Shown here: positions 10,416 to 19,832 of the stretch, piece after piece
Numbering within the stretch: position 1 is the stretch's first letter
Layout: every line of letters begins with the position of its first letter
The notes under the pieces: generated by a model
Told to the model about the DNA's origin: nothing
Databases searched by the model: none
The model's input: only the letters and a program-made list of their open reading frames with translations
Made by a program: the position numbers and the translations under genes
Assembly (NCBI GenBank): GCA_964575925.1
Contig: CAZNTR010000003.1
Location: forward strand, 1,687 to 65,686
Reading direction: 5' to 3'
DNA length: 64,000 nucleotides
From: an uncultured Chitinophagales bacterium
GTDB taxonomy: Bacteria; Bacteroidota; Rhodothermia; Balneolales; M1805

Positions 10416-11030
10416 ATGCTTTCAAAGTTAATAAAATCATACATCGGCATTTTTTTTGTAATCTTAATTTGGTCGGCGATAAACCCAAAAGATTATTTGA
10501 CTTGGTTTTTGGAGGTAATTCCTGCCATAATTGGGTTTATTGTTCTAAGTGTAACCTATAAGAAATTTCAGTTCTCCAATTTTACGTATGCAGTCATTTT
10601 ATTGCATGGTATCATTTTATTTGCAGGCGGTAAATACACTTATGCCGAAAATCCATTATTTGAGTACCTAAAAGAACTATTAAATCAGGAAAGAAATAAT
10701 TATGATAAATTGGGACATCTAATGCAAGGTTTTGGACCAACCTTAGTTGCACGAGAACTCTTTATCAAACTAAAAGTGCTTAATAGAGAAAAGTGGATAC
10801 CATTTTTACTAATGAGTATCACCATGTTTATTTCAGCGATTTATGAAATTATTGAATGGTTTACTGCGCTTGGAGTGGGAGAATCCGCGGATGCTTTTTT
10901 AGGAACACAGGGATATGTTTGGGATACTCAATCTGATATGTTATTGGCATTTATAGGATCAATAATTGCAATAGTATTATTTAGCAAGTGGCAAGACAAA
11001 GCAATTGGGCAAATGAGAAATGAGAAATGA
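10416..11030 (+). CDS. DUF2238/YjdF-family inner-membrane protein
   Basis: 204 aa with multiple TM segments. The motif string NNYDKLGHLMQGF...EIIEW...DTQSDM is typical of YjdF-like proteins, from recollection. Confidence 0.65.
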   Translation: MLSKLIKSYIGIFFVILIWSAINPKDYLTWFLEVIPAIIGFIVLSVTYKKFQFSNFTYAVILLHGIILFAGGKYTYAENPLFEYLKELLNQERNNYDKLGHLMQGFGPTLVARELFIKLKVLNREKWIPFLLMSITMFISAIYEIIEWFTALGVGESADAFLGTQGYVWDTQSDMLLAFIGSIIAIVLFSKWQDKAIGQMRNEK

Positions 11031-11044
11031 GAAATGAGAAATGG
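11011..11044. repeat. Heptanucleotide tandem repeat (AAATGAG) x4 plus a partial unit
   Basis: Read directly: aaatgag aaatgag aaatgag aaatgag aaatgg. It spans the stop codon of the YjdF-like gene. Confidence 0.9.
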
Positions 11045-11081
11045 ACGGTTGACGGAGCCTAAATTTAGTTATGAGTTTTTT

Positions 11082-11109
11082 CCCAGCTCCCAGCTTCCAG
11101 CCTCCAGCT
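11082..11109. repeat. Heptanucleotide tandem repeat (YCCAGCY) x4
   Basis: Read directly: cccagct cccagct tccagcc tccagct. Lies 38 bp downstream of the first heptamer array. Confidence 0.9.
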
Positions 11110-11202
11110 TTTTAACAAAGTTTACTTTAAAATTTTAAAAAAACTCAATAAATATTATATTGCACATAATCAATCGATCCCATAACCGACTTCAATGTAT
11201 TT

Positions 11203-11565
11203 ATGAAAAGAAATTCTATACTATGCTTATGGACCTTTAGCCTATTGGGACTTATTAGCTGCAAATCAATCGAAAAAACAAGCTCAGACTCAGAAAAGCA
11301 AATGACTCAGACCGTTTCTTATCAAACCGATATTAAACCAATTATGATGAGAAGTTGTAGTCCTTGTCACTTCCCAGAAAAAGGCCGAAAAAAGCACTTA
11401 GATACGTATGAAGCTGTAAGTGGCTCTATAACACAAATAATCAAAATGGTAAGTTTAGATCCATCAGACGAGTACTTTATGCCTTTTGAGAGTAAAAAAC
11501 AACCCTTATCAGAACAAGAGATTGAATTATTTGAAACTTGGAAAGCAGAAGGGAAAGGGAAATAA
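11203..11565 (+). CDS. Small lipoprotein with a CXXCH haem-binding motif (PSCyt1-like cytochrome c domain)
   Basis: Signal and lipobox (LLGLISC). IKPIMMRSCSPCHF matches the IxPILxxxCxxCH pattern of planctomycete-type cytochrome c domains. Confidence 0.5.
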   Translation: MKRNSILCLWTFSLLGLISCKSIEKTSSDSEKQMTQTVSYQTDIKPIMMRSCSPCHFPEKGRKKHLDTYEAVSGSITQIIKMVSLDPSDEYFMPFESKKQPLSEQEIELFETWKAEGKGK

Positions 11566-11594
11566 TCAATCAGATAATTTAATATCCTACAAAC

Positions 11595-11624
11595 AAAAAA
11601 GGCTGTCATCTGACAGCCTTTTTT
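11595..11624. terminator. Bidirectional rho-independent terminator between convergent genes
   Basis: A6, then GGCTGTCA tc TGACAGCC, then T6. It directly abuts the nuoH stop codon (11627-11629). Confidence 0.75.
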
Positions 11625-11626
11625 GT

Positions 11627-12622
11627 TTAGTTCAATACTTTAAGAATGATTGCAATTACGGTAAAATTGATAATGGCAATTGGCAATAAATTATGCCAAC
11701 CTAAATGCATTAATTGATTGTATTTGAATCGTGGAATTGTCCACCGTACCCAAATAAAAACAAATAACCAAAAGGAAGTTTTACCTAAAAACACGGCTAA
11801 ATCAAGAATTATTTTAACAGTTGAATCTAATTCAGGCAACCATGCATCTGCAAATGGTAAGTTATAACCTCCAAAAAAGAATGTTGAAATTAACATAGAT
11901 GCAATTACAACGTGCATATATTCTGCTAAGAAGAACATTCCGAATTTCATTGATGAGTATTCGGTATGGAATCCACCAACCAACTCTTGCTCAGCTTCAA
12001 CCAAGTCAAAAGGAGTTCGGTTAGTTTCAGCAAAAGAAGCGACAACAAAAATGATAAATCCTACAGGATTTAAAAATACATACCACCACATACTTTGGTC
12101 TTCTACTATATCTACAACATTTAGTGAGCCTGCTAAAAGAACACAACTTGCAACGGCAAGTCCCATTGGTAATTCATAACTAATCATTTGTGCTGCAGCA
12201 CGTAAACCGCCTAATAATGAATATTTACTATTAGAACTCCATCCTGCTAAGGTTACTCCATAAACAGATAAAGATGAAACCGCTAATAAATACAATACAC
12301 CAACATTAATACTTGTTACATGAAGCCCTTCACCAAAAGGAATAACGGCAACGGTTAATAATGCCGTTGTAACTGGAATTATTGGTGCAAGAGTATGTAA
12401 AAAAGTATTCGCTTTTGAAGGAATTACATCCTCTTTCAAAATAAGTTTTAATACATCGGCAATAGGTTGTAATAAGCCAAGTGGGCCTACACGGTTTGGA
12501 CCAACTCGATTTTGAATGAAAGCAGCAATTCTACGTTCTGCATAAACAGCAATAGCAGCAGAATTAAGCAACATAAATAAAGATGTGCCTAATACAATGA
12601 GTTGAAGTGTAAATGGTTCCAT
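11627..12622 (-). CDS. nuoH: NADH-quinone oxidoreductase subunit H
   Basis: 331-aa polytopic membrane protein with GPNRVGPLGLLQPIADVLKL and YELPMG motifs. It is the last gene of the nuoA-H run. Confidence 0.95.
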   Translation of the reverse strand: MEPFTLQLIVLGTSLFMLLNSAAIAVYAERRIAAFIQNRVGPNRVGPLGLLQPIADVLKLILKEDVIPSKANTFLHTLAPIIPVTTALLTVAVIPFGEGLHVTSINVGVLYLLAVSSLSVYGVTLAGWSSNSKYSLLGGLRAAAQMISYELPMGLAVASCVLLAGSLNVVDIVEDQSMWWYVFLNPVGFIIFVVASFAETNRTPFDLVEAEQELVGGFHTEYSSMKFGMFFLAEYMHVVIASMLISTFFFGGYNLPFADAWLPELDSTVKIILDLAVFLGKTSFWLFVFIWVRWTIPRFKYNQLMHLGWHNLLPIAIINFTVIAIILKVLN

Positions 12623-12631
12623 TGATTGAAA

Positions 12632-14365
12632 TTAAATGGTTTTTGCTTCAGTTTCAGCTGGTTGAATAACCACACCTTTTTCTAAATCCATACGGTCATA
12701 AGTTATCCCATCAAAAGCAGGAATACTTAAAGCAATTTCATCAAAAAGGTTAGATGAATCAGACCAATTTACAGACTGATTTAATCTTGGAGCTAATTGA
12801 CTTAAGAATTCCCAAACTGGATAAGCATCAACACGATTGTTGTCAGATCTCCAGTTGTCAAATTTAGTTCCAAAGCGATCTAAACGACCTGCATTCATTT
12901 CAGGATGAAGTGAGCGATTAGTGTACATCGTTTCTTTAGCAGGCATTGAACGTTGAATTCTACCCTCCGTATTTACATAACTTGCTGCATGTTCAGCTAT
13001 ACAAGTTACTGGAATAATCAATTGAGCAGCTTTTGCAGTTTCAGTTTTGTTTGTTCCAAAATAAATAAGTGTTTTACCGTCTAAGTCACTAATTGAAGCT
13101 AAACCACGACCGATAATATCTTCATTTAAAATAACAATTACTTTTGCTTTATTGATTAAACTAGAAAGTGATTTTTCAGATAAAGATTCTAATCCAATGA
13201 GTTCACAACCTTTAGTATTTGGGGCTTGATCATCAGTTATTAAAAATCCATCTCCACTTCCAGAAATTACATGAGGCACAAATGCACTATTTGAAATTCC
13301 TGCATTAGCAAAAAAAGTTTTGAATGCAAAGTTTTCTTCAACTGAAGCATAAGCACTTCCTAAAACAAAAACAACTTTAGGTGAATGAGCTTCTACAATT
13401 TCAGCTAAGGTTTCTTTAGCATTATTCCATGATGTTTTGATTAACTCGCTATCAAGTTTAATCTCTGGTCTTGAAATTCTATTTTCATTGAATAAATGGT
13501 AAGCTTCACGACCTGGATCTGGCATCCAATAATCATTAACATTGGGATTAAAGCGAGGAGTGACACGTAGTACTAGATTGTCGCGAACCCATAAATCAAC
13601 ATTTGTTCCTTTTCCGTTGGTAATATCGATGCTAGGAGTTTGATTCATTTCCCAAACGCGAGCTTTGAAACGGAAATCAGATTGAGTTAAAGCACCTACA
13701 GGACATAAGTCAACCGTATTTAATGAATAGGCATCATCAAAAGTGCTACCTGGAGCAGTTGTAGGGTAATTTTTATCACCACGAGCAGTAATTGTTAATT
13801 GATTTGTCTTAGAAATTTCTTCACTAAAGCGCACACAACGAGTACAGTTTATACAACGTTCAGCGTCTAAAACAACACGTGGTCCAAGTTGGATTCGTTT
13901 AGGTTTATGAACTTTTTTGAATTCAAAACGAGATCCTTCAGGACCGTATTTGTAGGTTTGAATTTGTAAAGGACATTCTCCAGCCTGATCACAAATTGGA
14001 CAATCAAGTGGGTGATTTAGTAAAATAAATTCAAGTGTGTCTTTTTGTGCACGACTAACTTTATCAGAAGTCGCATGAGTTTTAACGACCATTCCATCGC
14101 TCATGTCTTGAGAACAGGAAGTCATCAATTTTGGAAAAAATTGAACAATTTTGTTTCCGTTTTCATCAACTTTGAAACTGTTCGTAGCACGATCAAAAAC
14201 GGGAGTTCCGATTTCAACTAAACATTGACGACAATTGGCGGGAATTGATAAACTTGGGTGATAACAGAAAAAGGGTAAATCTAAACCCTGATCAAGTATA
14301 AACTGAAGAACTTTTCCAGGTTTATCGTACGTAAATCTCTGATTATCAATTATAATTTCAGGCAT
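12632..14365 (-). CDS. nuoG: NADH-quinone oxidoreductase subunit G (short, 577 aa)
   Basis: Carries 2Fe-2S and 4Fe-4S cysteine motifs (CYHPSLSIPANCRQC, HPLDCPICDQAGEC, CINCTRCVRF) and a partial molybdopterin-like domain. Confidence 0.9.
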   Translation of the reverse strand: MPEIIIDNQRFTYDKPGKVLQFILDQGLDLPFFCYHPSLSIPANCRQCLVEIGTPVFDRATNSFKVDENGNKIVQFFPKLMTSCSQDMSDGMVVKTHATSDKVSRAQKDTLEFILLNHPLDCPICDQAGECPLQIQTYKYGPEGSRFEFKKVHKPKRIQLGPRVVLDAERCINCTRCVRFSEEISKTNQLTITARGDKNYPTTAPGSTFDDAYSLNTVDLCPVGALTQSDFRFKARVWEMNQTPSIDITNGKGTNVDLWVRDNLVLRVTPRFNPNVNDYWMPDPGREAYHLFNENRISRPEIKLDSELIKTSWNNAKETLAEIVEAHSPKVVFVLGSAYASVEENFAFKTFFANAGISNSAFVPHVISGSGDGFLITDDQAPNTKGCELIGLESLSEKSLSSLINKAKVIVILNEDIIGRGLASISDLDGKTLIYFGTNKTETAKAAQLIIPVTCIAEHAASYVNTEGRIQRSMPAKETMYTNRSLHPEMNAGRLDRFGTKFDNWRSDNNRVDAYPVWEFLSQLAPRLNQSVNWSDSSNLFDEIALSIPAFDGITYDRMDLEKGVVIQPAETEAKTI

Positions 14366-14375
14366 AGCTTAATCC

Positions 14376-15668
14376 TTAGGCGAATGCAAATACTGATTTT
14401 TTACAACGTGCTTCAAATTCATCTCTGAAGCGAGTTATGGTATGACGAACTGGCCAAGCTGCGGCATCGGCAAGAGCGCAAATGGTACGCCCTTCCATTT
14501 GAGTAGTAAGATCTAGTAAGAGATCTAAATCTCTGAGCTCACCTTCGCCAGTTTTAATTTTATGAAGAAGTTTTTCTAACCAACCTGTTCCTTCACGACA
14601 TGGCGTACATTGTCCACAAGACTCGTGATGGTAGAAGTGTGTAATTCTGTAGAGAAAGTCAACGATATCGGTGTCTTCGTCTAATATGGCCATTCCAGCA
14701 GTTCCTATCATTGAACCTGCAGTTCTTAATGAATCGGCATCCATTGAAACACCATCAATTTGATCTGCACGTAAAATTGGAGTTGATGAACCACCAGGAA
14801 CAAGGGCTTTTAATTTTTTTCCATTACGAATACCACCAGCAACGTCATAAATTAAATCAGTGATGAGCATTCCAGTAGGATATTCATAAACTCCAGGGCG
14901 ATTAACATGACCTGAGATACCATAGAGAACTGGTCCTGGATGAGTTTTTGCACCCATTGCAGCATATTTAGCAGAACCCATAGTTAAAATTAAGGGAACA
15001 TTCGATAAAGATTCAATATTATTAATTGTTGTTGGGCGACCCCATAAACCACGTTGAGCAGGAAATGGAGGTTTAACACGAGGATAACCACGTTTTCCTT
15101 CCAATGATTCCATTAATGAAGACTCTTCTCCACAAATGTAAGCACCAGCTCCAGAGTGAACATACATATCGATGTTTACACCTGAACCTAGAATGTTTTT
15201 TCCTAAATATCCAGCTTTGTAAGCATCCGTAATGGCTTTTTCCATGAAATTAATCCAAGAACGATATTCACCACGGATATAAACATAAACGGCATCTGCT
15301 TGAATGGCATAAGCACCGATTATTGCACCTTCGATGAATAAATGCGGATTGAATTCAAAAATAACTCGGTCTTTAAATGTGCCTGGCTCTGATTCATCGC
15401 CGTTTGCAGCAATGTAACGTTTACCGCCATCTGGTTTAGGCATAAAAGACCATTTTAAACCAGTATTAAATCCAGCACCGCCACGACCACGAAGTCCCGC
15501 AGTTTTAACTTCATTAATAACATTTTCACGAGTCCATGTTGACTCTTTTGCTGCAAGAACATCTTTTAAAGCTTTATAACCACCTGTAGCTTCATAGTCA
15601 CTTACATTACGTAAATGTCCTTTTGATGGTAGAATCAGGGTTTTATAGTTTTGATAATCGTTTACCAT
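14376..15668 (-). CDS. nuoF: NADH-quinone oxidoreductase subunit F
   Basis: GLRGRGGAGF (FMN site), GAGAYICGEE and ESCGQCTPCREG motifs. Confidence 0.95.
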   Translation of the reverse strand: MVNDYQNYKTLILPSKGHLRNVSDYEATGGYKALKDVLAAKESTWTRENVINEVKTAGLRGRGGAGFNTGLKWSFMPKPDGGKRYIAANGDESEPGTFKDRVIFEFNPHLFIEGAIIGAYAIQADAVYVYIRGEYRSWINFMEKAITDAYKAGYLGKNILGSGVNIDMYVHSGAGAYICGEESSLMESLEGKRGYPRVKPPFPAQRGLWGRPTTINNIESLSNVPLILTMGSAKYAAMGAKTHPGPVLYGISGHVNRPGVYEYPTGMLITDLIYDVAGGIRNGKKLKALVPGGSSTPILRADQIDGVSMDADSLRTAGSMIGTAGMAILDEDTDIVDFLYRITHFYHHESCGQCTPCREGTGWLEKLLHKIKTGEGELRDLDLLLDLTTQMEGRTICALADAAAWPVRHTITRFRDEFEARCKKSVFAFA

Positions 15669-15673
15669 ACTGA

Positions 15674-16225
15674 TTAACTATTTTGCATTTGAGGTGGAAT
15701 AATCGATTCAAATTCAGGCATTTTATCCTGTTTTAAATCTTCGATAAGTGAATCAACTTTTTCTTTTGTAAGATGATTTACATAAACATCGTTGGTAATT
15801 TGAAGCATCGGTGCATAACCACAAGCGCCTAAACATTCAGCTTGTTGAATACTGAATTTTCCATCAGGAGTAGTTTCACCTACTTTAATTCCGAGTTTTT
15901 CTTCTAAGTGATGGAGCATTTCGTAACCACCACAAACTTGACATGAAAAACAAGTACAAACATCAAGCACATATTTACCCATTTCTTTTTTGAAATATTG
16001 GGTATAAAATGTCGCAACACCATGAATGTGCGATTCTGGTAACGCTAAGGTCTGTGCTACTAGATGCTGAACTTCATTATTAACATGGCCAAATTTTTCC
16101 TGTGCATACCAAAGTACGGGCATTGAAGCGGAAAGAACAGTTGGATATTTTGCTTTTATAGCATCGATCTTTTTCAGATCTTCTGAATCGAATGTGTATG
16201 TCATAATGTTATTTATCTGCGTCAC
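15674..16225 (-). CDS. nuoE: NADH-quinone oxidoreductase subunit E
   Basis: 24-kDa subunit 2Fe-2S motifs: DVCTCFSCQVCG and CLGACGYAPM. Confidence 0.9.
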   Translation of the reverse strand: MTQINNIMTYTFDSEDLKKIDAIKAKYPTVLSASMPVLWYAQEKFGHVNNEVQHLVAQTLALPESHIHGVATFYTQYFKKEMGKYVLDVCTCFSCQVCGGYEMLHHLEEKLGIKVGETTPDGKFSIQQAECLGACGYAPMLQITNDVYVNHLTKEKVDSLIEDLKQDKMPEFESIIPPQMQNS

Positions 16226-17501
16226 CCATTACCGGATCTAGTCCACCAATTAATACAACTGTATCGGCAATCATTTGTCCGTCTAGTATATTTTCTAGAA
16301 CCTGTAAATTTCCAAGTGAAGGTGATTTAATTTTTAATCTCCAAGGGTGACCAGTTCCGTCACTTTGAATATAGTATCCAAGTTCACCTTTTGATGCTTC
16401 AATTGAATGGTAACATTCAGCGCCAGCAGGAGGGCAAACTCCGGTATCAGTCATCATAAAATCGTGAATTAAGCCTTCCATGGAGAAATAAACTTCATCT
16501 TTTGAAGGATAAGCTTTTTTTGCATTGTCAATTCTGATTGATCCCTTAGGCATTTTTTCTAAACATTGCTCAACTATGCGAATAGATTGTTCCATTTCTT
16601 CCATTCTTATATAATAGCGAGCTAAGTTATCACCTTCAAGACGAGTTGGAACCTCGAAATCTATATCACTATATTTTAAATAGGGTTCAAATTTTCTAAT
16701 ATCATAAGCAATTCCTGTAGCTCTTAATGGTGCGCCAGTTAAACCAAGTTCTATTGCTCGTTCAGCAGTGATTGGTCCAATTCCTCTATTTCTATCAAAG
16801 AAAATGCGATTTTTATTTAGAAGTTTATACCAACCTTTAATTTCCGACTTCAAGTTTTGAACAAACTCTTTCATCTTATTTAGCACTTCAGGAGAGGCAT
16901 CATTTGCAACCCCACCAATACGACTGTGAGAAACAGTAAAACGGTGACCAGCTAATAAATCAAAGATATCATATAATTTTTCTCGTTCTCTGAATGTCCA
17001 GATAAACATAGAAATTGCTCCAGAATCCATTACCATAGCGCCTAGCCACAGTAAATGAGAAGAAATACGTGCTAATTCACAGCCCAACATTCTAATGTAT
17101 TGAGCACGATCTGGAACTTCGATTTTCGCAAGTTTTTCAACAGCTAAACAAAAGGCAACATTACTTGCATAAGGAGAGAGATAATCCATGCGATCTGTAT
17201 AAGGCATGAATTCCTGATACGTTTTATTCTCGGCAATTTTCTCAACACCACGATGTAAGTAACCCACATCAAGTCGGTTTTTCATAATCACTTCACCGTC
17301 TAATTCTAATAGAACACGTAATACACCGTGAGTAGCAGGGTGTTGAGGTCCCATATTTAGAATCATTCTGGTATTCAGTGGGTCATCGTCGTTAACTTCA
17401 ATAGTTGTATGTTTATCTTCGAGCGATTTATATAAACGTTCTTGGTGCTCTTTGAAAAACAACGGTTGACCTTTTTCTACAATCTTTGTTGTCGGATGCA
17501 T
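16209..17501 (-). CDS. nuoD: NADH-quinone oxidoreductase subunit D
   Basis: 49-kDa subunit motifs NMGPQHPATHGVLR and LGGLDPVMGDADK. Confidence 0.95.
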   Translation of the reverse strand: MHPTTKIVEKGQPLFFKEHQERLYKSLEDKHTTIEVNDDDPLNTRMILNMGPQHPATHGVLRVLLELDGEVIMKNRLDVGYLHRGVEKIAENKTYQEFMPYTDRMDYLSPYASNVAFCLAVEKLAKIEVPDRAQYIRMLGCELARISSHLLWLGAMVMDSGAISMFIWTFREREKLYDIFDLLAGHRFTVSHSRIGGVANDASPEVLNKMKEFVQNLKSEIKGWYKLLNKNRIFFDRNRGIGPITAERAIELGLTGAPLRATGIAYDIRKFEPYLKYSDIDFEVPTRLEGDNLARYYIRMEEMEQSIRIVEQCLEKMPKGSIRIDNAKKAYPSKDEVYFSMEGLIHDFMMTDTGVCPPAGAECYHSIEASKGELGYYIQSDGTGHPWRLKIKSPSLGNLQVLENILDGQMIADTVVLIGGLDPVMGDADK

Positions 17502-17503
17502 AA

Positions 17504-18013
17504 TTACGCCTTGCTGTCAGGTGTTGTTGATGGAAGTGGAAGTGATCCCGGAATTCCAAGTAAAGGAAATTCTTTTCGTAGCGGGTAATAATCGAAATCT
17601 TCTGGCAAAAATAATCTTCTCAAATCAGGATGTCCATCAAATTGAATTCCAAACATGTCAAAAGCTTCACGTTCATGCCAATTTGCTGAAGGCCAAATAG
17701 AGGTAGCAGTTGGCATAGTTGGATTATCTTCAGAACAACGTGTTTTAATGAACAGCCTTTTTTGAGCTTTCAAAGAAATAATATTATAGATGACTTCAAA
17801 TCGATCTTTGCTAGTAAATCTGTCTGCTGCAACCATGTCACAAAGATAGATAAAGCGATGTTCATTTTTTAGAAAGGTAAGAACATCAATAATAGAATTG
17901 ATAGAAACAGTAATCAGCACATCACCTTGATAATCAGAAATTTCCAGGATAGAAGCTGCAAATTTATTTTTCAAGTCTAAGGTAAGATTTTGAAAGAATT
18001 CAGGTAAACTCAT
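17504..18013 (-). CDS. nuoC: NADH-quinone oxidoreductase subunit C
   Basis: 30-kDa subunit motifs: NWHEREAFDMFGIQFDGHPDLRR and PLRKEFPL. Confidence 0.9.
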   Translation of the reverse strand: MSLPEFFQNLTLDLKNKFAASILEISDYQGDVLITVSINSIIDVLTFLKNEHRFIYLCDMVAADRFTSKDRFEVIYNIISLKAQKRLFIKTRCSEDNPTMPTATSIWPSANWHEREAFDMFGIQFDGHPDLRRLFLPEDFDYYPLRKEFPLLGIPGSLPLPSTTPDSKA

Positions 18014-18014
18014 C

Positions 18015-18497
18015 TTAATCGTCCAATAATACTGTATGTTGGGTTTTAATTTTTTCCTGAATATTCATTAGAGCATGAATAACAGCATCAGGTCGAGGGG
18101 GGCAACCTGAAACGTAAGCATCAACAGGTAAGAAATTATCGACTCCTTGCACCACACCATAGCTTCTATGCATACCACCTGTAGAAGCGCAAGCTCCCAT
18201 GGCAATACACCATTTTGGGTCTGGCATCTGATCCCAAATTCTGCGTACGGCATGAGCCATTTTGTAGGTACACCAACCTGCAACAATCATTAAGTCGCTT
18301 TGTCTTGGTGAAAATCGAAATACTTCAGACCCAAAACGTGAAACATCATATTTTGGACCGGCAAAAGCCATCATTTCGATTCCACAACAAGCCAATCCCA
18401 TAGGCATTGGCCATACTGCGTTTGAGCGACCCCAGTTAACAAGAGTGTCAATTTTGGTGGTTAAATAACCGTCGCCTAATGCTGCTTCTAAACCCAT
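18015..18497 (-). CDS. nuoB: NADH-quinone oxidoreductase subunit B
   Basis: [18 protein letters not shown] and SGCPPRP motifs. Confidence 0.95.
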   Translation of the reverse strand: MGLEAALGDGYLTTKIDTLVNWGRSNAVWPMPMGLACCGIEMMAFAGPKYDVSRFGSEVFRFSPRQSDLMIVAGWCTYKMAHAVRRIWDQMPDPKWCIAMGACASTGGMHRSYGVVQGVDNFLPVDAYVSGCPPRPDAVIHALMNIQEKIKTQHTVLLDD

Positions 18498-18527
18498 ATC
18501 AACGTATTAAAGTGTTCTGATTAAGAA

Positions 18528-18896
18528 TTAATTTTTTGTGAGTGACCAATCGAGGGTTCCCTTTCGTAAGGTATAGAAAAGGCCAACAAACAATACTGCT
18601 ATAAAAAACATCATTGCCCAAAAGGCTCCGTCAGACAGTTTTAAATATTGAACTGCCCAAGGATAAAGAAAAACTACCTCGAGGTCGAATACGATAAACT
18701 CCATTGCTACCATGTAAAAAGTAACAGAATAACGATCACGCGCTTCACCAACAGGATCCATGCCACTCTCGTAAGGAGCCAATTTGGTAATATTAGGCCG
18801 TTTCGGGCCAAAAACCTGAGAAAGAACTATGAGTACAACAGCGAGACCTACTGCTACACCAATTAAAATAAAAATGGGCAAATATTGTTCGAACAT
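18528..18896 (-). CDS. nuoA: NADH-quinone oxidoreductase subunit A
   Basis: 122 aa with 3 TM segments, YESGMDP and FDLEVVFLYPW motifs. First gene of the operon. Confidence 0.9.
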   Translation of the reverse strand: MFEQYLPIFILIGVAVGLAVVLIVLSQVFGPKRPNITKLAPYESGMDPVGEARDRYSVTFYMVAMEFIVFDLEVVFLYPWAVQYLKLSDGAFWAMMFFIAVLFVGLFYTLRKGTLDWSLTKN

Positions 18897-19235
18897 AAAG
18901 CCTTTGTTAAATAGCTAGTTTAAATCGTGCCAAAATTAGGTTTCAATCCCACAAAAGTCAATAAAAAAGGTCAGATTCTCTCTTATATTATTCAGTATCT
19001 AAGTAATTTTACATCTATTTAAACGAAAACAGCGAAATGTTTGCTTTAAGTCTTACGTTCGATTCTGTAACTTAGGTAATTGGATTACCCTGAAACGATT
19101 CTATTTACTAAAATTCGATTTGCAATTTTGAAGAATTTTGCTAAATAATCAAACTTACCAAAAGTAAACTAAATAGGATTCAAAGCTCAAGGAAACTGTA
19201 GAACTCTTGAAATTAAATTTAACAGTTTAGACATT

Positions 19236-19832
19236 GTGAAAAAAATTTTAATGGAAATATTGGGTTTGTCTTCAAGCCCTAGCAGTGGTGGCGCTTTTGC
19301 TTTAGTTCTCAGTGAAGCAGAAGGAGACTTACGACTACCAATTATTATTGGAGCTTTTGAGGCGCAAGCTATTGCTTTAGAACTTGAGCACATTAGGCCT
19401 CCTCGTCCAATGACACATGATTTAATTAAAAACATTATAGTTCAATCGAATGCGGAGCTCAAAGAAGTTGTTATTAATGACTTACGAGAAAGTACCTTTT
19501 TCGCCAAACTTGTCATTAAAACCGAAATAAATGAATTTGATGTGGATGCCAGACCTAGCGACGCCATAGCTATTGCTATAAGATTTGGAGTGTCTGTTTA
19601 TGTGAGCGCACATGTTCTTAAAGAAGCGGGGATTGTGGCACAGTCTGAATCCTCAAAAACCCCTGTAGCGATTGTTGATGACGCAAAGCAAGAACCTGTA
19701 AATCGCCCTATTACAATGGAAGATCGCTTGGCGAATCTTACTAAAAATCTTGATCTTGCTATTGCAAATGAAGATTATGAAAAAGCTGCTCGTTTAAGAG
19801 ATGAAATTAACAAATTGAAAGGCTCAGCGTGA
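19236..19832 (+). CDS. Bifunctional nuclease (DUF151/BFN) with a C-terminal UVR motif
   Basis: LPIIIGAFEAQAIA...RPMTHDL...DARPSDAIAIA is the BFN core. The C-terminus EDYEKAARLRDEINKLK is a UvrB/C-type UVR motif. Confidence 0.8.
   Translation: MKKILMEILGLSSSPSSGGAFALVLSEAEGDLRLPIIIGAFEAQAIALELEHIRPPRPMTHDLIKNIIVQSNAELKEVVINDLRESTFFAKLVIKTEINEFDVDARPSDAIAIAIRFGVSVYVSAHVLKEAGIVAQSESSKTPVAIVDDAKQEPVNRPITMEDRLANLTKNLDLAIANEDYEKAARLRDEINKLKGSA

Noticed and set aside
11011-11044. Heptamer repeat as a phase-variation switch of the YjdF-like protein
   Set aside because: All three reading frames through the repeat hit TGA within three units, so a change in unit number alters only a few terminal residues. 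No on/off mechanism is apparent.
18068-18866. Antisense or overlapping ORFs inside nuoA/nuoB (18068..18286 -, 18215..18403 +, 18648..18866 +). The same issue applies to antisense ORFs inside sprA, trkA, lptF, mreB, mutS, rel, GH5 and the peroxiredoxin gene.
   Set aside because: All lie within, and mostly antisense to, well-supported conserved genes. They have no recognisable motifs and show biased composition typical of shadow ORFs.
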